Of a stretch of 64,000 nucleotides of DNA, positions 12,526 through 26,834 are shown piece by piece. The notes beneath the pieces were generated by a model. It searched no databases, had not been told where the DNA came from, and worked only from the letters and a program-made list of their open reading frames with translations. How positions within the stretch are numbered: the first letter of the stretch is position 1; every line of letters begins with the position of its first letter. This stretch comes from Azolla caroliniana (Eukaryota > Plantae > Polypodiophyta): positions 22,010,001 through 22,074,000 of the forward strand of contig JBHGNT010000002.1 in the NCBI GenBank assembly GCA_043228905.1. Reading direction: 5' to 3'. Both the position numbers and the translations under genes were made by a program.

Positions 12526-12717
12526 GAAAAAAAGTTGAAGTTTCATTTGCCATTATACACACAACATATAACCTTCTCATAGATTCGGGAAATTGCAAGC
12601 ATATAGAGTTGGAGAGAGAGAGAGAGAGAGGTTGAAATAGAGATAGATTAAGAGATCTCACGTTCTGAGAGATAACAGAGGCTAGGATATAGGTAGAATG
12701 AGAGGGATTGCAAGTTC

Positions 12718-12720
<3 letters not shown>

Positions 12721-12772
<52 letters not shown>
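12721..12772. repeat. (GA)n microsatellite
   Basis: About 26 GA units. Confidence 0.95.
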
Positions 12773-12775
<3 letters not shown>

Positions 12776-13081
12776 ATGTTTAGGAGAGCGTGAGAGGTAG
12801 AATAAAGAAGAAGCCAAAGAAGAAGAAATTACAACAAATTGGTTACATCAACATAACTAGGCAAGTGTTGTACCAACATTCTTTTTCTACAAAAAGTTTG
12901 AATGTCTATCTTGTGTATTCTAGGTTAATAATCTTCCTATTATTATCTTTTTCCTTAAAATTGGGGCATAATATCTATGGAAGGGATGGATGAATGTATA
13001 AATGAGAGACAAATACAACGACAAAGAGGAGAATGAGAAGATGATGCTATTCTGAAGAAGCAAAAGATTGGCATTAATAAT

Positions 13082-13438
13082 ATGCATGAGGTGGATATAG
13101 ATATGATGTCAAAACCATCATACACACATGTTATGGGAGAAGGTGCGGTGGAGAGGAATGATCAATGTTGGGAAGTAATGCATGCAATTGCTAATGAAGC
13201 ACTCCATAAAATTTTACCGAATAATATAGATATGGTGGAGAATGTAGAGGTGGAGATGCCACAAAGGGAAAATTTGAAGGCATTTTCAATGTTTCATGAG
13301 AGAGGCATTATTTGCGTTTTTATAGGCAAAAATCATTTGGCAAATTGGGCAGCGCAATGGCTAAATGCAATGGTAGGTAGGAATAGTGTGGAAGATGTGT
13401 ATAAAGATCCATGCGGGTTTTTGGAAGTCATTTTTTGA
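13082..13438 (+). pseudogene. Possible L1-type ORF1 (DUF4283-like) remnant
   Basis: GIICVFIGK..AQWL..CGFLEVIF pattern resembles plant L1 ORF1 N-termini; no other support. Confidence 0.35.
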
Positions 13439-14969
13439 ACCGAAGAACAGGGTTTTGTCAAGCATCATGAAAAAATTGTTATGTTCAGAACATTGCTGTT
13501 TAGATGTATTAAGTCAAATCTATTTAATCGACAAAAGAGTTTGTTAACTTATGGAAAGGATTACATTATAAATGGTAGTGGTATTATATTCAAGAATGCT
13601 ACATGCAAACACAGAGGAGAAGATTTTATCAATCATCATGAAAAAGTCAGGTTCATAACATTGTTGTTTAGATGTAGGAAGTCATTGGATTCCTGGCACA
13701 TGAACTAGAATACAAGTGCAGATGGTACTAATAATAGCATTCCAACATTGTATCATTTGCCTGTGGATATAAGTGATGCAACACATGCAATATACATTTA
13801 TCTAACATGTAACTGAAACACTCTAACACCATTATCAATAAACGTTTCACATAATCATTCAACGACACATCAGGAGATTTAAATAACAATATAAATTAAT
13901 ATAGGAAGACCCAAAATAAAGATAAGGCCACTCTAGCTTATTGGTTTCACCAATTACGCCAATAGAGACTTACAAGATTATATTTCTAATATATTCTTGC
14001 TACAAAGCTATGACAAATCTAGAGTTATCCAAATATAAGGTCGAAAGAAATTATTATGTATTATTTAGATATGCATGAAACATTTATGCAAGATCACAAT
14101 GAAGAATCATAACCTTCGTATCATAGATCCATCAATTGTTATGTTAAAACACCTCTGTTTGCAATCAATAAAACTAGTCATTATTACAAATGGAAAAGAA
14201 AAATGTTTATGACTAAACTAGCAGTGTTTGGGGCTTTGAAGTGTCATTGAGGATTGATCTCCTCATCATTCGTATAATGTCATCAATTATACCTGGCTTC
14301 ACATTCTGCACTGATTGATCTTGATTCTGTACACAATTAAAAACAAGGTTAAGAAGAAAACCATTCACAAAACAAGGATTCTAGTACTGAGGAATGGTTT
14401 TATGAATTGATTAATACACTTGCAAAGAATTTGAAGTTATTTCCAATCATACCATACTTCAATAAGTTTTAAACCACGACAAAAGAAGTGTGCAATCTCA
14501 GCTCTTTAATATATGTTTAGATTTTTCATGCTCATATCCCATAGGACGAAAGTAAACAATGATTACACCAACTGCCTAATCTACTATACTAGCTAGCTAT
14601 AACTTATCGCACAATCATATTACTGTGTCCAGGAGCAATGTGGGCTCAAACAAGATTAGACTTCTGCCTTCTAATGTCTGCTGGTTTATGACAAATATAC
14701 GAATGCCTCTAAGATTACAATGGCTTATAACACCTGAATTTTTTTATAATTTCTAATGTAAACCTAGTCCCCCTAGTAAAAGAAAATTCTCTCTACTCTA
14801 GCTTCTTAAAACTAAATGGCTTGAAACAGAAAATGAGTAACCAGAAATGCATTTGGTGCCTGATCATTGGAGCATAATGTTTCTGCCTTCTGAAAGTATC
14901 CATCATAGGGTAACTTAAATGGAAATATTGGTGGAGTGTTTCAGATGCTTTGCAACGATGGCTTTGGTC

Positions 14970-17900
14970 TTATGAAGCTGTGCAAAACAGGTTGTGGTTC
15001 AGGCTGGTGTTACCAATGGCAATGCTCACAAGGCGGAATGGATCCAGCTGTCACGACTCCATCACTTCACACAAATGTCCAAATATTTTTTTAAAGAGAT
15101 TAATGTCGTCCCCTGACCTCAAAAGAGACAAACAATGACACATAATTCTCCCTCAAATTTGATAAATGTGGTTCTCTAAAGCTATATGTGCCCATTATTC
15201 AGTATCCATCATCAGCTGATGAGAATGACACTGGTGCCTTATCATTGTGGGAAATGCATGTGACATGTGTCTCCATATATTTGGTTAAATAATGGAACCA
15301 CATGAGACTGCACATAAAAAGAGGATCTTTTAATTGGCCTTCTTTGTACCTAGATAAATCCCAGAATTGGTTAAGTCACAGCTTAAAGTGCCTATGTGAC
15401 CATTGGAAATACTCTGAACATCAGTGCCTATCTGACTAGCTTTTATGGTACTGTGCACTGATGTTTTTGTTCCTTATCATGTGGTCAATCATTGTACGTA
15501 GTGGCCCTTCTATGTTTTTCCAATCTTCATTTATCTGCTCCATACAGGAAAGTAGCTTTGACAAATGTATTGAGCCACCATAGCTTGGTGCCTGGTTTCT
15601 TAGAGCTGTACATAAGCAAGTTGGCTGAGAAAGTTGGCTGTAATGGGTTAAAATTAACTTACTCTACAGATAAAATAGCATCTCAAAAATTAAACTCTAA
15701 ATGATCTTGTATGTCAATTTTTTCTACAAAAATATGCAGTTCATTGGATACTACTCTTCAAAGAACTCAGTGTAGACCAACTAAAGCAGCATATTTAAAC
15801 AAATTAAGGATATTGAAAATCTCAAACGTAATTTCTTAGGTTTATAAGACAGATGATGCAATATGTCAGTGCCTTATTATTGATCTTCAAGAAAGAAATA
15901 TAAAAAAAGTCCATGAGCTTGGCAAACTCTCATATAGAAATATTCCCATGTTGAAGGAAACTGCACGCACAGAGAGAAAGAAGAAAGAATACTATATTAA
16001 CGTCTACTAGAGACCAAAAATGGCCTCTGTGTGTGAGAGAAAGACTAACCAGAAGGACTTTAAGCTTCCTAGTCATTTGGTCATCACATCCATTGAGCCC
16101 TTCCAGAATCTGTTTGAGTGAAAATTTCAAATTTTCAACTTCTGAGGTAAGGGATTTCTTTTGGGTATCTAGAGCCATTTTATCCAGCAGTACCTACAAT
16201 GATAATGAAAGAGAATATAAGCTTTCTGGAAAAGTTTGCTTTACTATTAATACCAGGTGCTAGCGTACCTTATTGAATTTGTTATGAAACCTGGACAGGT
16301 ACTCAAACTCTTCCACTTCCTTTCCTGTCTCATCTGTCACAAGGATAACTTGAGGCTTACCCGCTTCAGGATTTTCATGCTTTAAGCTTTCCTTCATATC
16401 TTCTTCCTTTGAACCTAATATACAAGAAACCTGTTCAGATAGCATACTGCCTTATTTTATAGACCAATATTTTGTTTCCACTTTGAACCTAACATCCAAG
16501 AAACCTGTTTAGATAGCATGCTGACCTATTTGACAGATAAATATTTTCCTCTCTTGAACCTTAAGAAAACTGCTTCAATAGCACACCGACTTATTTAGAG
16601 CCACAAAAGAAAGATAGAAAGAAAGAAATATTATTTACGTCTTTTAAGAAGCCAAAATGGCCTAAACAATTACAAAAGAGAATAACGAAATATTAAGATA
16701 CAGATAGATGCATGCACACAGAAACAAACAAAAAAAAAGCTTGTTCTGGGGTACATGTCCCACATACTCTAGTACAGCCATGGACCTCAACCTGCTTGCT
16801 AGATTGGATTTTGATGAAATCTTACTCTGTTGGATGTTTGATGGGTTAATGAATAATTTGTCTTTAACAGAGCAAAAGGAAACCTATCACCAGAATAACA
16901 TGAGACCTACCCTCTTCAGGACTTTCAGGCTTTGCGCCTTCCTTCATATTTTCCTGCTTTGAACCTATATTCAAGAAACCTGCTTAGATAGCATACTGTA
17001 TTATTTGAAGCAAAAGTGAAAAAAGAAGTCCTCAGAACAGATAATGCATAAGCGTGCACACACACACACACGCACACACACATGCAAACGCAAACACAAA
17101 CACAAACACAAACAAACAAGCAAGGTAATTCTGGGGAACATGCCACACAGCTTGGATGCAGCCATGAAACTTAACCTGCTAGTTCCAACTTTACTGAAAT
17201 CCTACTTTTTTGAATGTTTGAAGGGCTGAAGGAATCATGTGCTTTTAATAGGGAGCATCACAAACTCAAAAAAAAGGATGCTTTTAACACTAGCTTATTT
17301 GTTTGACAGACATTACTAATTCATAACCTCGTCTCCTAGCATGTTGTACAAGTCATTTAATATCTTATTGCAACGTAACAACCCAGATACGTCCACATCC
17401 CAGGCATACCCTCAACATCCAAAATGTCATTAATGTGCATTGATAGCTGACCCCTATCAATGCGATAGGGCAGGTCAGTCATTCATTTTTACTATGTTCC
17501 AAACTTTTTACAAGTTTGTGTGTAAATTGAAGTGATAGTCACTTTCCGTATGATCAGTAAAGGTTATGTTTTATGAGTATTGAAAGTATTGAACATTAAA
17601 TCTATGGTTGCATTTGCACATTTCATTTTCCACCCGTTCATACACTTTCCTTGGAATCCAGAACAAGGTTCTCAGAAGTTCCATCGAAGTTTGAAGGGTT
17701 GTTCACCTTTTTCTCCAAGTGAATCTGGTTTGAAGCTCATTATATTTACCAGGGTTGAAGGTAAAGAGGATAGATGTAATGGATCAAATGGAAATATTTT
17801 TTCTTGCTCCAATTCCAGCTGCAGTGAAAACAAATTACGCTCAGAATTGATAGGTAAAGCTATAGAATCAAATACAAATACTTCAATGCTAAATAAAATT

Positions 17901-20900
17901 TGTCAGCTTAACCTGGTTAGGCTTAGGAACATTTTCACCTTGCTGTTAACATTTCCTAGCTTCAAAATATTTTCAGCTGTATTCAGTTTCTTCCGTAGGT
18001 CAGCTTGAATCTCTTCACTTAGTTTTGAAATAGCCTGTAATTTCAAACATACATAACTCTTCCGTTACCAATGAGGCGCTATATTTGGATTGTGAAAATA
18101 AACAATACTACAATGCATGGTACTCTTTCTACTCTATTCACTCAGGGTAATAATATATTTGCTATCAAAATTAGATATTGCCTTCTGATCTTTAAATGAA
18201 AGATTATGATGACTGGGATGTGAGTCCTCAGACATTTAAAATCAGATTTTAAAAGCTTGAGGGGCAGAAATGTTTCTCAGCTTTCTCTCTACTTCAAGAA
18301 ATATGCCATCATTGGTCAGACCCCAGTAGATCCATGTTCTGGCACATGCGCAGGTATTTATTTGTATTATTAGATCAAATCCGAAAATAAAATATTTACC
18401 AGCTCGTTTAAAAATCATAATGTATGTGTGTACAGACCAACAATTCTTCACAATGAAAACTGCATATGCCATTGAGACCTAATTTTGGGTAACTAATAGC
18501 AATTGCAGAATTTCTGAATAGAGTGCACATAGTGGGACATAACAAGCCAATAATTATCCAATAATTATTTGCGATTGAGTGTGCACATAGTAGGAAATTA
18601 ACAATTACCTAAACTTCTTTACCTCCCCCATTGATATACTGCAAAATGCATCGGTTGCCAGAATCACAGGCGCAAAGCACACAGGAAAAGGAGTAGCAGC
18701 TCATAAATGTCAGAAGCAGAGCAAGAGTGCAAAATCTAGTGCAAGTGCAAACCACTACACCTAACCCATTCACAAATAATAGAAATCCATCATAAGGTAG
18801 ATGATTCGAAAATACCAAGTATGGGGATAGGAACAATTTTTAGTAACATGTATGATACATAAAAAAGAATCATTACCCACCAGTTGATAGGCAAAAGAAA
18901 AATCGGTTGTGAGAGATTTTATAGTCCTAGCAATTGCCTAAGGACATCCACATTTATGTTAACATACATGTTCAAAACTTTACCTTTGAATTGGTGATTA
19001 GCTACAACTTTTTGAAAGACAAATCCTTCAAAAGACCCACGTCGTCTACACGTAGAAATTTGGTGTTCTTTAGAGATGCAAGAAGTATGGCATGAGATGG
19101 AAGACAAATATACATAGAGTAGACCTGCTTTCCCCCTTACTCTGTCAACTTTAAGTCTGATAATCCATGATGACTTCCCAATCTAACATAAACAAACTCT
19201 GTCTCCCAAAGCAGGCAGAAAATCTTTCAGCAAATGACAAGGTACCCCACCTAAATCTTCAACCTCATTAACATGGTTGCGACTTTTTCGTTGTACCATG
19301 GTTTTTGTCCTTTCTTTGCCTATTATTAGTTCCTGTTCTTAGATATAGTCTCTACGAAGAGAGATTAACTGAGATCATGTGTCTGTAGTTCACAAATAAC
19401 AGGCAAGCTTTTTCTTGGGTTACACATCCACTGTCCTTGGAAGTGTTTTAGTATAATATTTCCTCATCCTTCCCTTTTTTATCATCCAAACACATGATCC
19501 CACTAATTTTGTGAGATTCCAAATGTGTTTGAGCAGGAGCATCACACTTGGCTGGAGCTGCGCCATTATCTTATCTATATAATTAGATCACATATTGTGT
19601 TTTGCGAAAACAATGACAGTATTATTGTACCAGTTGGACACAATTACCTTTAGTTCCTGGTGTGCATCAATTCGAAGGTTGGCTATTTTTCTTTTGAGAA
19701 CTTGATAATGTTTATTCATTCCATCTTTCTGTTCTTTCATAGCCTTGTTTCTAGAATCCCATTCACGGCTGAGACATCACCCTTAAGTTGTCAGAGATAG
19801 AAGATGAGAATTTGTTTTTCTATTTTGCTTAATCACATGTGACACAAACATCTAGAAAAATGACATATACTATGGTTTTATTTAAGCAGAAAAAATTTCT
19901 GAAGAATGTGATCAGAAGAAAAGGATAGGATATGTTATGAAATAATGAAAACAAATCCAAACAAGCTTGAATGCTTTTCCCAGAAGTTAGTCTAGCTATA
20001 GAGGGTTATCCTCATTCGTTCAACAGAACTGTGAGTTCATTAGCAAGCTACTATTTGTCACTACCTCCACCATCTTGTTTTCCATGTCGGTTGACTTCCC
20101 AATGGACTTATCCTACAAAACCTCATCCATCGAGACAAAGATTAAGCTCAGTTTACCAGTGTTGTTTGAGCCGATTTGATCAGAGCACACCTCCTTGAAT
20201 TCAAGATATCCTTTCGTGTGACAGGGGGCTCTATTTGTATTTTGGAATAAATTTTCTTATTGGGTACTAGAAGATTTCTTTTTCTTGATATGCATATCAA
20301 CAAGCTAAAACAAGTACCACTTCTTCCTCAAACTTTAAAGATAATGTTTATAGTAGTTAGAATAATTTAATCAGAAACTAAACCCGTTTCATACATTGCA
20401 ATTTGAAAGTTTGCTGCAACCTCAACAAGCAGAACACAAGAGTGCATAAAAACTAGTTAAAAGAGAGGGAGATGTCCAATGTGAGGTCAGTATCTGCCAT
20501 AACAGGAATTTGAAGACTTGATGTACATTCACCAATCAGAAAAACAAGGATACATTACGCTTGTTAAACATCAAGAATAATAAGGGAAAAAATGGTGAAT
20601 CATGGTGACTCATGTGCATACTGTCAACAATGATAAAAATAACAACAAATATATGCATATTTCTTGTCATAAATTTGCTTCAACCATGGATTCAGACCTG
20701 TCAGTGGCTATTTTTGCTCTTCTATACGCAATATTCTCATGCAAATGGAGAAGTTTTCTCATCCTTTGTTCAATTAACCGAGCAGTAATCTTGTCCTTCT
20801 CCATCATCTGCTTGAAGGCTTGCGTCTTGGAGTCCGTACTTTCCAAGTAAGCCTAAAATATATGTTCAATATTGCTCATATCAAGAGAAGTATTTCCGGT

Positions 20901-23900
20901 ATAAGGGAGAATTTTATAGGCATCATTTTGACTGATAACCGTTGTTTGGTTCCGTTACCTGATGTGTTTCCTCAATTTTGTTTTCAAGGCCTTCAATTGA
21001 TCTCTCTAAGGAAATTTTCAACACGTTGTACTCTTCGGTGTTCTTGTTCTAAGTTTGACCAGAAAGTTTTACTTTAAGTTTTGGTCGTAATAAGGATCCT
21101 TGAGGAGTCAGTTAAAATGTAAAACATTTTTACAACCTTAATCTCTTCCCGTGATGCTTCAAATTCTTGACGCAAATCATTTTCTGCCTCCTTGCATTCA
21201 TTTTCCATGGCATGAACCATATCATTCAATTCCTATAAAAATGAGTTGACTTCATTATTCAGTTCCTATTACATGCATCAATGATTTAGATAGGAACAAT
21301 TAAAACGGTCTTCTCATTCATATTAATACAGTGCCAGATTTTTTACAAAGTGGAAACTGTGAACAAACATTTCCTGATGGCAACCATAAATGCATGGGAT
21401 GCTAAGGTTTTGTGGTGCATGAGTTTTAATGTAGAAAAGGAGCTATTATAAATGTATCGTTACAATGCGATAGAACCTAAAAAATCCACATAAAAGTATT
21501 ATACATGAATAATCTATCCATATAACTGTACGTTGTCAGCTGTTGCAATTCTACTCAAGATTTATGTTATCAACTATCCCCAACAGCCTTGGGCTTTAAC
21601 ACAAAATTCCTCCACATTTTCCTCTGCACTAGGCAGCCTGAAGTGCTGCTCAGGTAGGATCAGAGAGCTATAAACAAAAGAGGGAGAATCTTCCAAGGTT
21701 AATAACCGTATAAACTTCAAAGGCTTGTGCTAATGGTGTTATGTAAGAATCCTTGGCTAACCTAGAAACACAAAAAGTGAGAACTTACCTGAAAGAACAC
21801 TAAACATACATGAAAATCTGTGCTATCCAATCCTGCATGAAAAATGTCAGGCATGACAAGATTTCGTGTGTATATAGCAGTACATCCATGTTTTCGCAGT
21901 AACCTAAGCTGAGTATGCATTTTATGATCTCCCCCACCTTAAGGCTCAGTGATATACAGTCACCTTATACCCATTATTTGTTAGAAATGGTTCATCTTTT
22001 GCATCAGATCTAAAACAGGATGTTGTTTTATCCAGACCATTGGTCTTCAGAAGTGAAAATCATACATAGCGATACTGATATAATTTACCTGATTACTTAT
22101 GTTACAGTTCTCTCTAGCTGTAAACCAAGTATATTGTCAGGGTATGGTGAATACCTTTTTCTGCTTCTCATGAGCTACGGCGATCTGTTGTCTTTCCAGC
22201 TCAAAAGAACTCTTCAGTCTTTGTAAATTACCTTGGAATTCTTCTTCCATATCCTGATATTAAGCACTCAAAAATTAAAATACAATTTTTTTATTTCATT
22301 TCCTTGTTATAAATATATACTAATATTCATGCTCAATGGATTGTGACTGGCTTCTAAAAACTACATTTTCTACACATTCGTACTCAAACACACACAATTT
22401 CTTAAAACGAGAGCTAAAATATTAGCATAAATTCTTATTTTATGAACTGAGGTTTTCCCCATTTTACACCTTCATCCTAGTACGATGTGTATTCATCAAC
22501 CCATCAAGAATAGAAAGATGCTTGCTGAAGGCCAGCTCACGCTGCTTTTCTGCTTCGGATAACTGCTCCATCATGTTAGCAATAATTCCATCCTTGCGTT
22601 TTACCTGATTTGAAAAAACTGGAAAACAAAGAATCAAATACAGATCCAGATTGTGACAGCCCATAAAAACATCTCCAACAGCTGCTTCAGAATACCTCAT
22701 GCTCATAACATTCTGAGATCGCCTCTATGTCTTTGTGCAATTCTGCAGTTTTAGCAGCTCGCATAATTTTACGCCATGTGTCATGAATTTTTTGTAAATT
22801 TTCCTTACTATACTTCTCTTCTGTATCCTGAAACACAATATATAAGTGGTGAACATCACAGTATGATATTGACATCAATTTCATTATTCCAGACATAAAA
22901 TGCTGCGATATCAGACCTTGAGTTGTTGGATGCGAGTTCTGTTCGCTGTTTGTTTTTTCTTCCTAGCTTCCTCTGCCTGTGAAAAACAATACAAGAACAT
23001 CAGTAACATAAAGATATCAAAACCAGGCTATGAAAAACAATCCAAAATGCTAATTGTCTATTATATTTCCTACCTTAAGAGCAAGGGCATCAGCTTTAGC
23101 CTTTTTCTCTTCTGGTGTAAGCTCCTTGGCATCTTTCTTCTCCTTTGACTACAATATATAATGTAAATCAATTAATGGAGACATTATGGATGCAACTGTT
23201 CATAACGTCATTAACGTCCTGTAAGTTAATGATATTCTTGATAAGAATAGATAAAAATTGTGTAGAGCACAGATGATTGCCTCAAAATACAGCTAATTAT
23301 ATTGTTGTGCATATTTCCATCAAACATCAAACATCATTCAAAATTAGGGAACATCTAGAAAATGCAAACTTGCCACTACAAGACAAAGACATGTAGGTTT
23401 CTATTGATGCAAACATTCTGCACACTATTTATATCTTCAATGGAATGAATACAAAGGAGGTTTTAGAAAAAATATTCAAACACTATTGAACCAGGGGTTA
23501 GGAAGCAAGTTTTATTATATATCATGAGAGGATCATTCTCAATGGAAAGCTCCACTCTTGGCTAGAATTTATGATCCACTGGGATATAAAAGAATGTGTA
23601 GCTGCTACTCAGAAATGTCAACCTACCAAATTGTTGCCAGAGGAGCTGCCATACATTGTCTTTCAATTGCAAAGGCTTGCAATTGAAACCTACTAAATTC
23701 TCATTTTGCTACCTTGCTTATGTGCTATTAAGGGATATTAAGCCTTAAACTCTTGTAGATTACTTATTAGCTACTTTTCCCCATGCAAAATGCTGGTCAA
23801 CTCAGGACTATTCCCTGCTTTCACATGTACCAGGAGATGGCAGGATGCAATGATAAATTGTTTTGCATAATCAATTCCAAGTTCGCTGATATGTCAAGAT

Positions 23901-24101
23901 TGTTATTGCCCCAAACGTATATTAAATTTTCATGAATTCTGCCCAAAGATAGCTACATCATTTATTTGTTCATCTCTAAATCCTGGTGATTAGTACAGAT
24001 GTTAGATTTTGTATTTTCTTATCATGTATAAATGCTGATGCAAGTACTCAAATCTGCAGATATATTTAAGCTTAGACATTACACACCTTTTTGGAGGCCA
24101 T
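14970..24101 (-). CDS. DRC2: Dynein regulatory complex subunit 2 (CCDC65), multi-exon
   Basis: GT-AG exons in consistent phase: 24101-24087 (MASKK), 23148-23074, 22976-22917, 22827-22696 (KIHDTWRKIMRAAK), 22604-22470 (VKRKDGII), 22253-22155, 21232-21137 (DLRQEFEASREEIK), 21048-20959 (NKNTEEYNVLKISLE), 20852-20698 (AYLESTD), 19768-19648, 18034-17939, 17818-17707 (EQEKIFPF), 16414-16269 (FHNKFNK), 16193-16050 (VLLDKMAL); tentative last exon 15047-14970. Motifs match algal/animal DRC2 as I recall them. Confidence 0.88.
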
Positions 24102-24529
24102 AGCTTCTGTCCAAAAGATTAACTAGAGAACACCCTGAAATCACCAAAAATCAATCAATAAACCAATCTGAATCTCTCTCTTTCTTCATAGGATATGGGA
24201 GCTTCCTCAACATTGATATGCCATGTTGACTCTAGATTCTTAAGATAGCTGGCAAGTAGAAGGATATTTCTTGACCCAACTATTTATTTGTCTCATTCCA
24301 GACACTTTTGGTATGCAGATGATCACATAGAAGATGGTGCATGCATCAAATGATGAATTGCCCAAGATCGAGCACAATTCCCCACGAAAATCACTGACTG
24401 TACTGATGCCATACATCATCATCCTATGAGAGAGGCCATGGGCTGAAAGAATTTACCTCTCCCATATATCTACAAGAATTTACTTTTTATTCATATATTT
24501 TGAGGAGAGAGAGAGAGAGGGAGCGTTAC

Positions 24530-24580
24530 CTGCACGTCGTCTTCTCGGGAGAGAACGCTGTAGCAGAGACAGAGACAGTT
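24530..24580 (-). other. Probable non-coding first exon of DRC2
   Basis: GC-rich segment ending in a CAG|GTAAC donor at 24530; acceptor tttcag at 24135 precedes the ATG exon. Confidence 0.55.
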
Positions 24581-24698
24581 ATTTATATACGTATGTATAT
24601 GTAATGTATGTATATATGTATATATGTATATATACATACATATGTATATATATATACATATGTATATACATACATACATATGTGTGTGTGTGTATATA
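24581..24698. repeat. Compound (TA)n/(TG)n microsatellite, left flank of the DNA transposon
   Basis: Direct sequence; a matching (TA)n tract lies at 48277-48310. Confidence 0.95.
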
Positions 24699-25223
24699 TC
24701 GACGTGTCTAACTACTACCAAATATTAAAGAGGGAACGGACGGTGCAGGTCCCTCGCGTGCGATTTGCATTGTCCGATGTGGATATAAAAAAAAGAGCAC
24801 GCTCAAAATTTCACTTTATGGGGAGCCAGAGGAGCCCAACTCAACTAAAGGCAAGGGCCCTAGGAGCCCAACTCAACTATAGCAGGAGCCCAAGCAGACT
24901 GACCCAACTGAAGCAGGAGCCTGAGGAGCCCGACTCACCTAAGGTAGTAGACCGAGGAGCTCGACTTACCTGAGGTAGGAGCCCGACTCTGACCCATATA
25001 TATATATAGATTGTGGTGTGGGAAGAGAATTTTGAAATTTTATTTCTATGTTGAGCGAGGGCGGGGAAAATAGAGAACATGATTGTGCAAATTGAAACCC
25101 TAACAGTTGGTTTAGGGTTTTAAGGTTTAGGTTGTTGCTAATGATTCTGTCAGTCAGGTATTTCTCTCTTCTTTTGTTTTCCACCCTCTCTTCATTTATT
25201 TATTTTTGGTTCAGGTAGAAGTT

Positions 25224-25422
25224 GTAGTCACTTCTCTCTAGCATCTCTCACTAGAGGCGCCTCTTGGGAAAGAGGTCGAGTCTTAATTACTTAAAGAATA
25301 TGTGTCATAGGATATTAACTTCTATGACACACTAGTTACTATACAAGGAGGTGGGATGGTCACACACCTGAGTATCCTAGAGTGTGTTCCCACACATGGG
25401 AAGTTGAGTTTGATTCTCATCA
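25224..25422 (-). mobile_element. Partial, diverged LTR of the Copia family at 27746
   Basis: Aligns by eye with about 27952-28138 (atatgtgtcatag..ctatgacacactagttactata..gggaagttgagtttgattctca). Confidence 0.8.
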
Positions 25423-26203
25423 TCAACAACATTCTTTGATTATTCACTTCATATAGGCTCAAATGGAACCTTTGTGAATGCAGTTTTTTGGGAAAATTTT
25501 GGCAAGGAATAAAAAACACCAAGTTTTGCAAGCAAGGATCATATAATCATTTGCAAGTTGGACAATGTGGAGATGATGACCTGAATAGTTGCAGGTGTGA
25601 ACAATACACATATAGAAGTTAATCCTATTAGTAACTTGAGCTCACAAAGTTATTGATGCTTCACAAAGGTGGGAACATGATTGAAGATAATGACAAGGCA
25701 ATAATGCTTACTCAAAGAACACGAGGTATAATATAGTGTAATTTAGATTCTATTTCTTTTATTTTAATTCGTATTGTAATAAGTAACCCCAAGTTTTCAC
25801 TTATGAACATTGAGTGTTGTCCTAGGACTCAGGAGGTAGTATTTGGAAGCACCCACATTGCAGTATCATTTGCACTTCAATATTTGGAAAAGCACATGTA
25901 ACTTTTGAAGGGTTTAGGGAACTTCCAAATGTCAAGATGTTTTGGAATAAAACTATAAAGGAACTAATTCTAAGTTATCTTGACAAATTTAGACGATAAT
26001 TTGATAAAATTAGTTATTACTATTATTGAACTCCAATTTATTTTTGCAAAATTGTTTTTTTGGGTAAAAGAAAAACCATTGATACTCAAATTCATGTTAT
26101 ATATATAACATAATTCGATATTAGATATGAAATGTAAGGTACAGGATGTTTTTGTCTTGATAACATGGATTTGTGAATATGGTAGGTTATATTGCATTTT
26201 CAG

Positions 26204-26251
26204 GATGGAAGAATCAACTATGATGAGTTTGCAGCTATGATGAGGAAAGGG
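26204..26251 (+). pseudogene. Captured last-exon fragment of a calcium-dependent protein kinase (fourth EF-hand)
   Basis: Acceptor ttgcattttcag followed by DGRINYDEFAAMMRKG; no other CDPK exons seen. Confidence 0.8.
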
Positions 26252-26834
26252 GTTGGAAAACTTGAAGGGAGGTTGAATGAAGTATTGCGAGATGATGCAG
26301 ATCGATGGTGTGGTGCGGAATATAGAAACCTTCTAATGACACTAGTAGAGGTTGTTGATTCCTTATCAAGGACCTCGTAGTTGAAAGTTATCACAAGCTT
26401 TGCTCCATACAGAGATCACCGGAGTTTCGATCATGGGTTATAGTCTCAGAGACATGGACATGGTAATGAAACTAATACTGGTAGAAGTTCAAGACTATAT
26501 CAACCATATTAGTTGCAATCTTCCATGAAATTGGCATATAATGGGTATATTGAACACAATAGTTTCTTTTACCTTAGATTCATTGTTTCAATCACGTTAG
26601 TATTGCTCTGGTGGTGGAATGAACACAATTCTAGTGTTTCTACTGTGTAGTAATATATTGATACTGGTACTCTAGGGAGATGTATGTATGGAAATTTATT
26701 TTTACACGCTAATATGGAATCTTTCATGTGGAATTGAAATGTTATAGGTGCCAATGTTTTTGGTACTCTTTAGTAGTTGTTTGCTATGTCAATTTAACCT
26801 TGGAAATTCCAAGTGGTGTCCAATGCTTCCTACA

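Noticed and set aside
26192-26380. A functional calmodulin or CDPK gene
   Set aside because: Only about 16 codons are homologous; there is no kinase domain or other EF-hand exons.
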